Assembly: GCA_051362555.1 (NCBI GenBank)
Contig: CM120643.1
Coordinates: forward strand, 8,742,001 to 8,806,000
Length of the DNA stretch: 64,000 nt
From: Lingula anatina
Lineage: Eukaryota; Animalia; Brachiopoda
Direction of reading: 5' to 3'
Below the pieces are notes generated by a model. The model searched no databases. It was not told where the DNA came from and saw only the letters and a program-made list of their open reading frames with translations. Positions 26,513-36,805 of the stretch are shown here, piece by piece (positions within the stretch are counted from its first letter, which is position 1; every line of letters begins with the position of its first letter). Position numbers and translations under genes: made by a program.

Positions 26513-29500
26513 GCACAAACTTACCTGTCACTGGAGCCACCGTCGTGCCGACCACCACCCCAGGGGCTGGGTTAATAACCGGCTGCAGGATGCCCCCAGT
26601 GTTGGGAGGGCCAGGTTTATCAATGGGCGTAACCACCGCACCTGTGCCAGTGACATCTGGGCCAAAGTTAGGAATAATCACAGGACGTCCACCAGTGACG
26701 GAGCCTGAGCTACCCTGCCAGTTACATGAGGGTATTTGACAGCAGGAATCCTGGGGGTCTGTCTTCAATGTGCACTGAGATGGGAGGTTGGGGTAGCGAG
26801 GGCATCTGAAATGAAATAATGGTAACAAGGTAGCAAAACTTTCAGTTATAAGATTATAAAGCTGGGCAGCATAATATGTGTATTTCTTTTTTTTTTTTTC
26901 AATCTTTTGTTGAACATAGAATTTCTCCTAAAATATTGGCACTCAGGCAGAAAAATCAGATAGGGAATCAGTATATCCAGATGAAGTCTGCACAAGAAAG
27001 ATGCATCATCTTCGTGTAAATTCTATTCCAATAGTAATAAATATGAATAGGTATCCACTTGACTTATTTCACATGACTTATACAGTCACAGAAACCAAGA
27101 TTTAAATCACAAACATAATAAACGAGCCAACAAATCAGCTTGTGTTTGATTTTTTACTTCCCATACATGCGTATATAATTCTAACTCGCAGAATTTATTC
27201 TCTGCTTTCAGACACAGTCAAGTTTTGTCTGGAAACACTTATCAAATCAGACAAACTTCTGGAGACCTCAAAGAAAGCATACCTTTCCCTGCAGGTGTAT
27301 TTGCCAGTTGTTCCATCTTCACAAATACAGTTGTAGTCGCAGCCATCTGTCCACATGCGTCCAGCTGGGAAGAACTGGCCCTTGTACATACATCCCTCTG
27401 GATGAAAAAAAGAATAAGTATAAAATTCACTGCAAATCTAAAAGCTCTGTAACTGGGATACAAGACACGTACTGCTGATTTGAATGAGAGATTTTAAAGC
27501 GACAACAACTACAATATTGGCAGTTACAAACAAAGAACTTAAAGAAAAAAATACACAAGGTACAACTTACGTAGCCCAACTGACGGGTTGGTGATGCCGA
27601 CATTCCCACTTCCAGAAGGCACAATGATCTCGTAGCCACCTCCGAGGGAGCCACCACTAGTGCTGGACGGGAAGAAGTTGCCGCTGCTGCACTGTACCTC
27701 CTTGCAGCATTTGCCCTGGACCTGGACTTCTTTGCACTGGGAGGGGAGATTCTCGTAGGACGGGCACCTAGTAGGGAAGAAGATTGAAAATTGAAAGGTG
27801 TACTGTGTCGACTTTCAGAATGTGGCTGATTATTTAAACAGGTATGGAGACTACTGGGCCTGACCGGGAAGACGCATTGCTCTGACGGCCTCAAGAAAAT
27901 GTACCTGCCGAAACCTTCCACAACTCAGTTCAATAGACCAATCTGCCTTGTTTGAAATAAAATAAAATATTTGGCTAGTTAATGAATGTTAATGAATATT
28001 ATGCAGAAAGCTTAATTAACGTTGAGCTTTTTTCATCAATTTCAGCAATCTACAGATTTCTTACCTTGTTCATTTCTCCCGCTGACCTACTTAACATATA
28101 ACCTCAAACGCATGCATGTAACGTATACCTCGAGTAAAATTTCGATCCTCAAGCCTCTGAAGCTTTGAGTCATGGCAGTTTAGTTCCTTACATGTTTCTC
28201 AAAAGTTTACATGCTAAGTCATTGCTCTTAAGTCCCTTTAAATAAATTTATTTAAACGACCATTTATAGGCAATTGTAGGAAAAATTATTCTAATAATTC
28301 AGTTAAAACTAAAATTATGAAATATCAGGCGGCGTTCTGAAAAGAATTAGCCTACCTGTTGATACACCTGTAGTAACCACCCAGAGCGTTCTCACACACG
28401 CACTCCGTGTCACAGCCGTCGCTCCACCGCTCTCCCTGCTTGAACAGCTGCCCCTTGTACAAGCATCGGTCTGAAATACAGTGACGAAAGCTTAGTTACT
28501 GAGAAATGGTAATTACAGACGACGGTTTTAAAACAAAAACAAAACGATTGGCGTTTAAATTTGGGCCTGCATTCTTTTATATAGGCCTACGAAAAATTGA
28601 AAAGCAAGATATGAGAACTAAAAAGTAATATTTATTCTTAAATAATTAATTATAGCGTGTCATGTATGATCAGAGCAAATAAAACAGAGGAAACGAATTG
28701 TACGAAAATTTTTAATTAATATGTTAAGAACAAAATCCAAATATCACTTACCATTTGGTCCTGGAGTCGGGAAAATGACTGGAAAAACAGGGAAGAAAGC
28801 AAAAAAAGTTAAGATTAACGTTGTTTCTATTTTACTTATCTCAATCACACTTTATTCGACAATATTCCCATACTGGTAGGTCTACCGTTACTTACTGTAC
28901 ACGCGAACACAATTTCCTATTTCTATCTTGAAAACGGAAGAAAATCTCTAAAATTCACAACTGCATGCAATACCTAAACGCTAAATTTCTTGTTCATTAT
29001 AGTACTAGTATCTTATTAGGCAAAATATGTCTTGGGGTATATCCCTTTAGGCCTGTGGCGTCCCCGCACGTGCCGGGCGTTACTTTTCCGTAACTTTACT
29101 AAGTGCCCCCTCCCCTCCCCCGCCGCACCGTTACTCCCCACTACTCTGGCAAAATGCGACATATGAATTATTCTAAAACCTTGCTATAAATACATTGGGC
29201 CCGAAAATAGCACAGTTTTAATCGTCATACAAAAACTGACGAGGGGGAAAGGGGCTGTTTCGATGCGGGTAAAACGTAGGCTATAATAATTTTGCCTGAG
29301 TGTAACGATGTGGGGGAGCTAAAACGATAAAGGTACGCCAGGAAGAAGTTGTTGTCTTAGCATCCGGCCAATCATTTAGTACTGAATTATTAAATAAGTA
29401 ATGGTTTTAAAGACATTTAACCCAGGTGCACGGACGGGTTGATCAATAATTCGTGAGCGTGAAAAAAATTACTTTTTTCTTAAGGAAATGAAAATGATTA

Positions 29501-32500
29501 AATCAGGCACCGTGTTTTGGGTCCGTTATCAACTTACTGCATTTGTCACAGTATTTCATGCAGTTGTTCTTCACCCAGGACTGGTAAGCTGGCTGATCGC
29601 ACACATCCTTGCTATAGCTCTTACAGTTTGGAATCTCGTCCTTACATGGTGGTGGAGGGGTAGGTTTGTTAACTGAAATATGGAGAATGCGGAATGTGTA
29701 GCGATTTACCCCGTTATATACGAACATCAAAATTAATATAAAGTCGTTTGAAACTTAAATCCGTATATAAATCTACATAGGCCCATTGGAAGCAAAGAAA
29801 AGGGAGAACACCACCCGCCATCTAAAACAAAATGGCACATTTAATCCCAGTCCCCTTGACAAACTGGTGCGAATACGTTGAGGATCACGTTTAATGTAAC
29901 ATCACAGACACGCAATAGTGCAAAATACATCCTTTCTCAAACGCCATTTCATAATTTTTTCTCAGCGGAAGACGCGCTCCTCTCTAGCCCCTCTTATCTA
30001 GATGTTCTCTATCCGCAAATAGTATAAACATTATCAATTCACAAAATCCAAAATCGGTTATAAATATGATACAATTAACCATCGATTCCCTTTTAACCTG
30101 AAATGAATATTAGTAATAAAGTTACTTTGAGCAGGCTTAACGAAGACAGGCGATATGAAACAACATCGATGGAGATAAAGTAGCTAAAAAGGGAAAAGGG
30201 TTGCCTGGCGACAACCTAAAATGCTAGGCCTAGCCTTGACGACCTACCTGTTCCACTTCCGGTGACGGAACCTGTTCCAGTGATAAACCCTAATTGTGTG
30301 TTCCACTCACAGACTGGCTTGTCGCAACACTCGCCAGACTTCTTCTCAAGGCGACAGTTTGCGGGGAGGTTGGTGTATCTTGGACATCTAAAAGAGAGAA
30401 AATGCACCTGAAAATGTTATACTTTGTTGGGTTTTGGAAAGAAGCCGAGCAGTTCAAAAAGAGATTGACCGGCAACGTAAAACCAATGGCGTTGAGATGA
30501 AAAATAAATGAAAAGGCATGATACCAAAAGCTAAATCAAGAATTTCTAAATTTTGAATGCGAATTGTTTCAAACTGTACAGGAATTGAAGAAGGAAGTAG
30601 ACGCAAAATTACATAAAACGAAACTGTTATTTTTCCTTTATTTAATATTTTAGGGTTAATTTAGCTGGCATATAAGTTGCGTTATATGGCAAATATGGCT
30701 TTCAAATAAAAACAATTTGGTGGCAACCGAAGAAAATTAACATTTATAATGTAACTATAAACCGCCTTTTCCTGAGGTCAAAGTTGATCCATGTGGTATT
30801 TGGGCGTCAAGTTCATTCATTTGTAATCGAGAGAATAAGATGGTTTTAGGAGAGGAATGCTAAAGCTATAAAAACTTAGAGGCCCGCTTACAGATTTTGG
30901 CAAATGTACAGTCCAGTGTTGGCGTCAACACAGCCACACTCGTAGTCACAGCCGTCCTTCCAGGCCTGCCCGTGGTAGTAGTTCTTGTTCTTGTACACAC
31001 ACACGCCTGGTGAAAAAATTACAAATAAACATAAAAAAATTTAACTCATAACAGCAGATGAGACGAAGTTTCTGCACACAGGAAAAAGCGAATAATTTCA
31101 CAGTTTTAACTGCACTAAAAAACTTGAAAGTAATATGGTCGAAATACGCACAGCTGTAGTGATGTGAGGCATGGAAACTGACATTTTATGCCGGTGAATA
31201 CAAAAGCCAATATAGCGAAGTTTGAAAACATTTTAAATAACACCAGAAACCCAGCAAAGCAAGCGCCTGTGTTTTCTGAGTACCAGAAAAGAGGCAACCA
31301 ATTCATATTACATAAGGTAACAAGCACGTGATATAAAAGAACAAGATTCCCATATCCTGATGGTACTTACGGACTCCGTTGCTGTCCACGCCGCTGCCCT
31401 GCCCGTTGAAGCTGGTGGAGCCTGCGGCCCAGTTACACACTGGCTTCAAGCAACATTCTCCGCTGGCGCGAACCAGGGTGCACTGGGCGGGGAGGTTGTA
31501 GTAGATAGGGCATCTAGTAAAGTCACATGAATTATATTAATAAAAAATGCCAGTATAAAACCCACTCCAAAAGCATAATCTTTATTCAATCAACAGCTCA
31601 TTATTGAAATAGTTTACCTCTAACTCTAAAAGTATTTGAACGAAAATATGAGAACTGACAAAATATATAGAATGCCAAGACGATAGATTTTATCGATTAA
31701 AAGTTCTGAAATATCATTCTAAATATTGTTCTAAAATATGACAAAATTTTACGAAAGGCCACCATTTGGCTTCTTACCCCTCCTCCTTCTTCCCAACCCC
31801 ATCTCTATTGATGGTACATCGTGACTTACTTGTTATAGCATTTGTACAGTCCCTTGGAGGCGTCCTCACAAGTACATTCATAGTCACACCCGTCGTCCCA
31901 CTTCTCGCCCTGTTTGTATTCGTAGCCCTTGTAGAAACAACTGCCGTCTGAAGCGAAACGTTAAATTATACTCAGGCGTCCATGACACGATTATCAGGGG
32001 TTGGTTAAAAATAAAAATGGTCAAAATCATCAATGCATCGTTTTTTATATTTAAATTAACTAAATTATAAACTATAAAGCATCATAAACATTCTTTCCCA
32101 TTGGAATGTTAGTTTGCGTGGCTGGAGAATACTGCTTGAAGTTAGCGAGTAATTTGTTTTATGTCAGTTCTACAGTATATGTCGAACACAATCGATGTTT
32201 ATTTTATTAGGAAAGCTTTTCATTCGGAAAAACCACATATCAAAATAAATTGTAACTTACGGTATCCAACTCCAGTGCCTCCGTTACCTAAAATATGAAC
32301 GTTTAACTCCGTTAATATTTATTTTCAAAATTTAATTATCATTTCGTCATACAGATTTAATTATAAAAATCAAGGAGTATTTCGAACGCCACAAAAGTCT
32401 CCCTCAAATGAAAACGGACAGTTACAGAAGCTAGCCTGACAAGGAGTTAAAATCAGAAAACTTTCTTTCTCTCTTTCACCTTCTTGTATATCTGGCAATT

Positions 32501-34955
32501 ACCTCCCGATATTGAACGACGGGGAAAAACGAGTAGGAACTAAAAGATAGACTCATCCACTTACCGCAATAACCGCAGTATTTAGCGCACTTGTCCTTGG
32601 ACCAGTCTACATACTTGGTGCACGTATCGTATGCGAAAGAGTTACAGTTGGTCAGTTTATCAACACACGGGGCCGCCGTTGCCTTGTACAATGCTGATAG
32701 GATGCAATAAGATATATATATTTATTGGGTTATAATTATTAAAAGAAAAATAAATAAATATATGAAATACATGTACAATGTTATGGAATGATGAATTACG
32801 ACCAAAATATTATATGTACCGCCTCTGAAGTGAAAACAGTGAAAAGAACAAAAAATGAATAAACGTGTTTCCAAGCGAGATTTTAACTTTTAATTTAACA
32901 TAATATATGCACAACGTCACGCGAAACAGATTGACCAAGAATTAAAAGCGCCTTCACAGGGGTCGTTCACCATTCATCACTTACGTGTACAATGCCCGCA
33001 ATACAGTCGGCAGTTATTCTTGGACCACTTCTCGAAATTTTTACAAACGTCCTTGCCGTAGGTCGGACAGTCCACGTTGTCCTTGCAGGTGTCCGGAGGG
33101 AAGGTGGCCACACCACCGGTAGTAGCGGCCGCAGCTAATGGTCACAAAAGGAAATTTTTAAAACAGACCCGGTAAATGCACGTGGAGTGCTCTTAGAATT
33201 TTTCATGGATTGATTTAGAGGTACATTATGCATCTAGATAATATGTATAGCCCTTGCTTTTTTGTCGCTTGTAGAATTCACAGTTAGTAAAGTGTATTTG
33301 ATTATTTGTCTTTTTTCAAAACTGTTGCATGGATGGAGTCTTTATAAAAGGGACTTTCCTTATTTACACGAAAACCAGATAATTTCTAATCAGATAACGC
33401 TATAATTACGAAAAGATGCTAAGAATAAGAAATCTGACTTAATTGCTTTGTCGTTTGCTTTCGAATGATACTGAAATGTTCAACTCACCATCGTTGCAAG
33501 CCTTGGAAGCCAGCTGCACCTTGATGTTCTGAAGAGCATCAAAGTTACCCACGTTGAACAAGTACTGACTATCTGGGTCGTTGGCAATGCTCTGCAGTTC
33601 CTGTTGGTTCACATTCGACCCCACACCAATGGCAAAGATCTTGATTCCGACACTACGAGCGTCATCAGCCTCTTTCTGAACGGCGGCGGCGTTGTTAGAA
33701 ACACCGTCCGTTATGACGATCATGATGTCCGGAGCACCTGCTCTGTTGCCGTTACCCGGCGAGAACATGTCCTGGCGAGCGTACTCGATGGCAGCCGCCG
33801 TGTATGTCCCGCCCCGAGTGTAGGGGATTTTGTCAATGGCGGCCACAACATCGGCCTTGGAGCTGTATTTGTTCAGGTGGAATTGGTGTGACACTCGAGA
33901 AGCGAAAGTGGTCACCCCCACCTGGACCTTGTCCGAGGCAATTTGGAATTCATTGACGATCTGTTTGACGAAATCAAGGGTCTTTTTGAAGTTTGGTTCG
34001 CCGACGCTTCCTGATGCGTCTAGCACGAATACGACGTCGGCCTGACCGCAGTCTGAAATAAGAAAACAAATGAGTGGTTATTGCCCAAAACTGACTACAA
34101 ACTTTTCAAGCAATTTAAAGTTTTTTTATGAAAAAAATCACACTGTTCGCAAAAAAATAAAATAAAAATAGAAATAAAAAATGTTATGTTCGTGGAAGAG
34201 CGTGTAGGAAATATGCCTAGAATCTGTATGTTCTGTTATTTGATTTGACGTAGAAGGCAGGAATGTGTGCTAGGAGAATAAAACACAACTTCGGAGGTGG
34301 AAGAGGTAGGGGCCGGGGTAGGAGGCGATTTGTCTCTGCAATAAACTGTGCCTGTATCTATTTGGCCTATTGCATAGTAGAAAGACATAACATTGCTTCA
34401 ATTGTGTTATGGGAATTTGCATGTAACACATTTTGCTTCTACATGTATCACTTTGCCTCCGTTGTGGATGACGTATGATGACGCAATATAAACTCGATTT
34501 CCGCACCTGCATAATCCTCGCGTGAACCCACGCCTGCTACAGGCTTGACCCGACGATGATATAAGCCAGGCACATACTCTCCCAGACGGGAACCGCAAAC
34601 TTCAGATAGTGAATATATTGACAGAAGATGACAGTCAGTGAGAAGATAGCGCTAGAACAAATCTCCTTTCACCCTCACTATCTATATTATTGAGATTAGA
34701 CCTACTCCCCAATATTTACTCAATGAGGGAACGGCATGGAAAGTTCTTCGACCCCGGGCCATCAATTAGTATACCTTGATAACAAGGTGCAGAGTCAGCG
34801 AAATACTGTCAACCATCTTCTCCAATTAAGGGAAAAGTCCAATTTTAAAAAATGTGATTGCAAAAAGCTTTGTCATCGAAATGCAAATGGTCATCCTGAC
34901 ATTCCCATCTCTTACCCCAAAGAGAACCTCTCATGCAGTGTATCGATGTGTGTGT

Positions 34956-34989
<34 letters not shown>

Positions 34990-35469
34990 TGTACTTAAAC
35001 TGCAAAACGAACGCCTGGTAGCTACATCTAGAATATAACTCCCCAATTCACTTTTTTGACAAAATTTTAAGCTAAAAACAAACAAGTGAGCCTGTGAAAT
35101 GTGATTCTTCACTTCTGCGCAACTACAAAAATGCATAATTTCTTAAAAGATTTGTAATAAGAATGAAAGGAGAAGCGATGCATAAAAACAATGCAAAAGT
35201 TTGAGTATTCCCTCTCCATCCGCGCTTTAACGGCATTGCTTTTGCTTTTCTTTAATATGCGCCTTGTATATTCACGTAAGATTTCAAAATTTTCGCGCGT
35301 GTCACTTTTCCTTTTGTCGATTCGCTTAATCTTCATCGATTTTCCGTGTAACGCTTGTAACCTCTCTTTCTCTGTTGAAAGAAGTAGCCAAAACTACATA
35401 TCACATTTTCAGAGAAAGCCAACAGTTGCTTTATCGAAAAAGAAAGCACTGTCGCCAAACCTGCTGAGT

Positions 35470-35523
<54 letters not shown>

Positions 35524-36094
35524 CAAAGACGCGACACCAGCGTGTAACACTACTGTCCTCTTAAAATAGTTAAAATTATCAACTCTTTTATTGATTTTTT
35601 CCCCAAAAACTCTTATCAATCTTTGGTTTCGCATAATAAACGTTATTTAACTATTGAAGGCAAGTAGTTTTATGCAATAGTCAATCGAAATATGCAAATT
35701 CATGTTTCGAAAAATCAATTCATGGTCATAAAATACTATTCAATAAATTTCAAAATGCTTAAAATTATAGCAAAATGTCTTACCTATAATATACGAAACT
35801 CTAACCTTTCACCGAAGTATTTAAAAAAAAATCAGAAAACCATGTCTTTACCAAAAATAAGTGATTTTCTCTTACATCTGCGACGCAAAACTGATTTTCA
35901 TTGCTTAATTTTTTTTCAAATGAGATATATCCATCGGTAGGCCTACGCAAAATCTTGGCAAAAACGATATTAATAAATAGATCATTACCTTTTGTTCCTG
36001 AACTTGTTCCTGTTCCTGTTAGTAATTGTCCCTCAGCATGCGGCGACGTGGCTATCGCCACCACCGCTAGTAGCACCACCCTGAACTGGTGCAT
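1872..36094 (-). CDS. Giant secreted VWA-ShKT-VWC-repeat protein, 55 coding exons, ~2,980 aa in window, 3' end probably outside window
   Basis: Exons 5'->3': 35989-36094, 33489-34052, 32985-33134, 32565-32693, 32261-32287, 31830-31947, 31371-31513, 30892-31006, 30248-30387, 29538-29672, 28752-28778, 28356-28470, 27571-27767, 27283-27397, 26525-26805, 25927-26044, 25350-25453, 20236-20325, 19741-19855, 19003-19142, 18544-18675, 18219-18333, 17361-17728, 17040-17157, 16667-16779, 15696-15986, 15305-15419, 14780-14943, 14430-14541, 13915-14213, 13649-13763, 13046-13290, 12748-12837, 12295-12409, 11606-11766, 11020-11137, 10531-10793, 10050-10164, 9560-9819, 9203-9317, 8711-9012, 8357-8471, 7850-8130, 7484-7598, 6997-7256, 6633-6747, 6140-6399, 5766-5880, 5352-5500, 4979-5093, 4393-4580, 3814-3928, 3386-3534, 2765-2885, 1872-2053. 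All have AG/GT boundaries and compatible phases (sum 8935 nt = 2978 codons + 1). Confidence 0.9.
2400..2772. repeat. ~110-bp tandem repeat spanning a splice donor
   Basis: gaatga.ctcatccctgtccaa.cctctatt(t)acctgtc starts at 2511, 2622 and 2731; degenerate copy further left. Confidence 0.8.
2952..3089. mobile_element. MITE with CATGGGTGAAA TIRs; inverted relative at ~51440-51573
   Basis: catgggtgaaa...tttcacccatg; internal tcaaaatgaagactgaaaa...tgaaatcagg.ataatcctgaaaactt is shared with the 51.5 kb copy. Confidence 0.65.
4081..4402. repeat. ~55-bp tandem repeat spanning a splice donor
   Basis: Unit atgcacccacccagcacccaccatgtgatactcacttgtggtttcc..., about 5.5 copies. Confidence 0.9.
5740..10190 (-). 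repeat. Tandem duplication of a ~850-870 bp exon-intron-exon-intron unit (~5.2 copies)
   Basis: A-exon ends at 5766, 6633, 7484, 8357, 9203, 10050 (periods 867, 851, 873, 846, 847); introns are alignable. Confidence 0.95.
10531..20325 (-). CDS. VWC-like modules 6-13 plus Pro/Asn/Thr/Gly linker exons
   Basis: Same A/B exon motifs; linker-only phase 1-1 exons at 20236-20325, 18544-18675, 15696-15986 and 12748-12837. Confidence 0.88.
20039..20213. mobile_element. PIF/Harbinger-type MITE
   Basis: TIR ggccgcattca...tgaatgcgtcc, flanked by TAA/TAA; related copies at 36601-36805 and ~54765-55053. Confidence 0.7.
21240..22980 (+). mobile_element. Second, truncated copy of the 1-1790 repeat family
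   Basis: Shares gcagcacccaaaattgtg...cagaaaatgtgactagc and ctgtgagtttcatgac...ctatcggtt...cagtgttgcat tandem units; no terminal hairpin seen. Confidence 0.75.
23416..23627. mobile_element. MITE (Harbinger-like)
   Basis: TIR ccctttacactggacggcgtcctttatgcg...cgcacaaaggacgccgccccagtgtaaaggg; TAA/TTA-type flanks. Confidence 0.6.
23948..24004. repeat. (TA)n microsatellite; others: (CT)n 5582-5638, (CT)n(CA)n 20546-20590, A-run 22010-22047, (CA)n 25271-25333, (TG)n 26464-26510 and 34946-34988, (TTTA)n 35469-35520, (CA)n 44834-44874, (GA)n 51303-51346
   Basis: Directly visible. Confidence 0.95.
25350..31947 (-). CDS. VWC-like modules 1-5 (exon pairs) of giant gene
   Basis: A exons CxYxGxxYxxGxxWxDGCxYxCxCxDxxxGxYxC; B exons CPxYxxLPxxCx(7-10)CCxxPxC plus linker; 10 Cys per module as in VWC domains. 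Confidence 0.88.
29538..29672 (-). CDS. ShKT domain exon 3
   Basis: [42 protein letters not shown]; phase 1-1; lies between VWC modules 2 and 3. Confidence 0.87.
32565..32693 (-). CDS. ShKT domain exon 2
   Basis: [34 protein letters not shown]; phase 1-1. Confidence 0.87.
32985..33134 (-). CDS. ShKT domain exon 1
   Basis: [33 protein letters not shown]: six Cys with C-x-D start and C-x3-C-x2-C end. Confidence 0.85.
33489..34052 (-). CDS. von Willebrand factor type A domain exon (collagen VI/matrilin-type)
   Basis: [18 protein letters not shown]...GGTYTAAAI...IVITDG...IFAIGVG...LASKAC; MIDAS DxSxS, T and D all present; terminal Cys pair; symmetric phase 1-1 exon. Confidence 0.95.
35989..36094 (-). 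CDS. Exon 1 of giant gene: start codon and signal peptide
   Basis: [25 protein letters not shown]...: basic residue, hydrophobic core, AEG cleavage-like site; phase-1 GTAA donor matching the VWA exon. Confidence 0.85.
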
Positions 36095-36149
36095 GTTTCT
36101 AGCGTTTCACGCGTGCCGAAATGTTGCGGTCCGCAGCGCCGCGCACGTG

Positions 36150-36156
36150 TTATATA
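36150..36156 (-). promoter_or_regulatory. TATA box of giant gene
   Basis: TATATAA on the minus strand ~56 bp upstream of the ATG in a CpG-rich patch; CACGTG E-box adjacent at 36144-36149. Confidence 0.6.
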
Positions 36157-36600
36157 CCATGAAACGTACGCATGCGCTCTGGCACACCGCACGCGCACTT
36201 GTAGAAAAAGGTTATTTGTTTACAATATGGCCTGAAAAATATATGTTTGTGACTCTGGAAATCGACTAGCAAAACATTGGACTGACTTTGAATCTGATTT
36301 AGAATCAAAATGTAAAGAAATAGGGAAAAGGAAAGTTCAACCCTTCACTTGTGGCACTTTTCAATGCATTTATGTCTTTTCGAATAATCTTTCACCGGCA
36401 AGAAAATTGTGTTTTTATCGTCCTATCCTAAAAAAAGAACGAAAAAATTATTTCATTTTGCCTAAGCGTTATCTCGTCACGCCTGGGATGGTATACATCC
36501 CTTGGCCTTTCCCCCAAGGGCTTGAGATAGCCTCCACAGTGAATCATGCCCAGCAAGAACCGTCTAAAATCTAGGTGACCTTGGAGGCTGTGAAGAATTA

Positions 36601-36805
36601 GGCCGAGTTCAGAACCAGTTGATCCGCGTACTAACTAGGCCGGGGATCAAGTATGGTGCGACCCACTTGAAAGCGAGTCGAAATTTAATTGCTCTGCCCC
36701 CTGCTGGGACGGCACACGTGGGAGGCGGGAATCCACTGTTAAGTGTGCGCCATATTTGATCCGCGGAATAGTTAGTCTGCGGATCAATTGGTTGTGAACG
36801 CGGCC
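36601..36805. mobile_element. PIF/Harbinger-type MITE
   Basis: Long TIRs ggccgagttcagaaccagttgatccgc...gcggatcaattggttgtgaacgcggcc; TTA/TTT flanks. Confidence 0.7.

Noticed and set aside
27427-27921. 164-aa minus-strand ORF
   Set aside because: Alternative frame over the true B exon 27571-27767; no recognisable domain.
1872-36094. Naming the giant gene KCP, CHRD, VWF or a collagen
   Set aside because: No VWD, CHRD or Gly-X-Y regions seen; the ShKT domains and long linkers do not fit these families.
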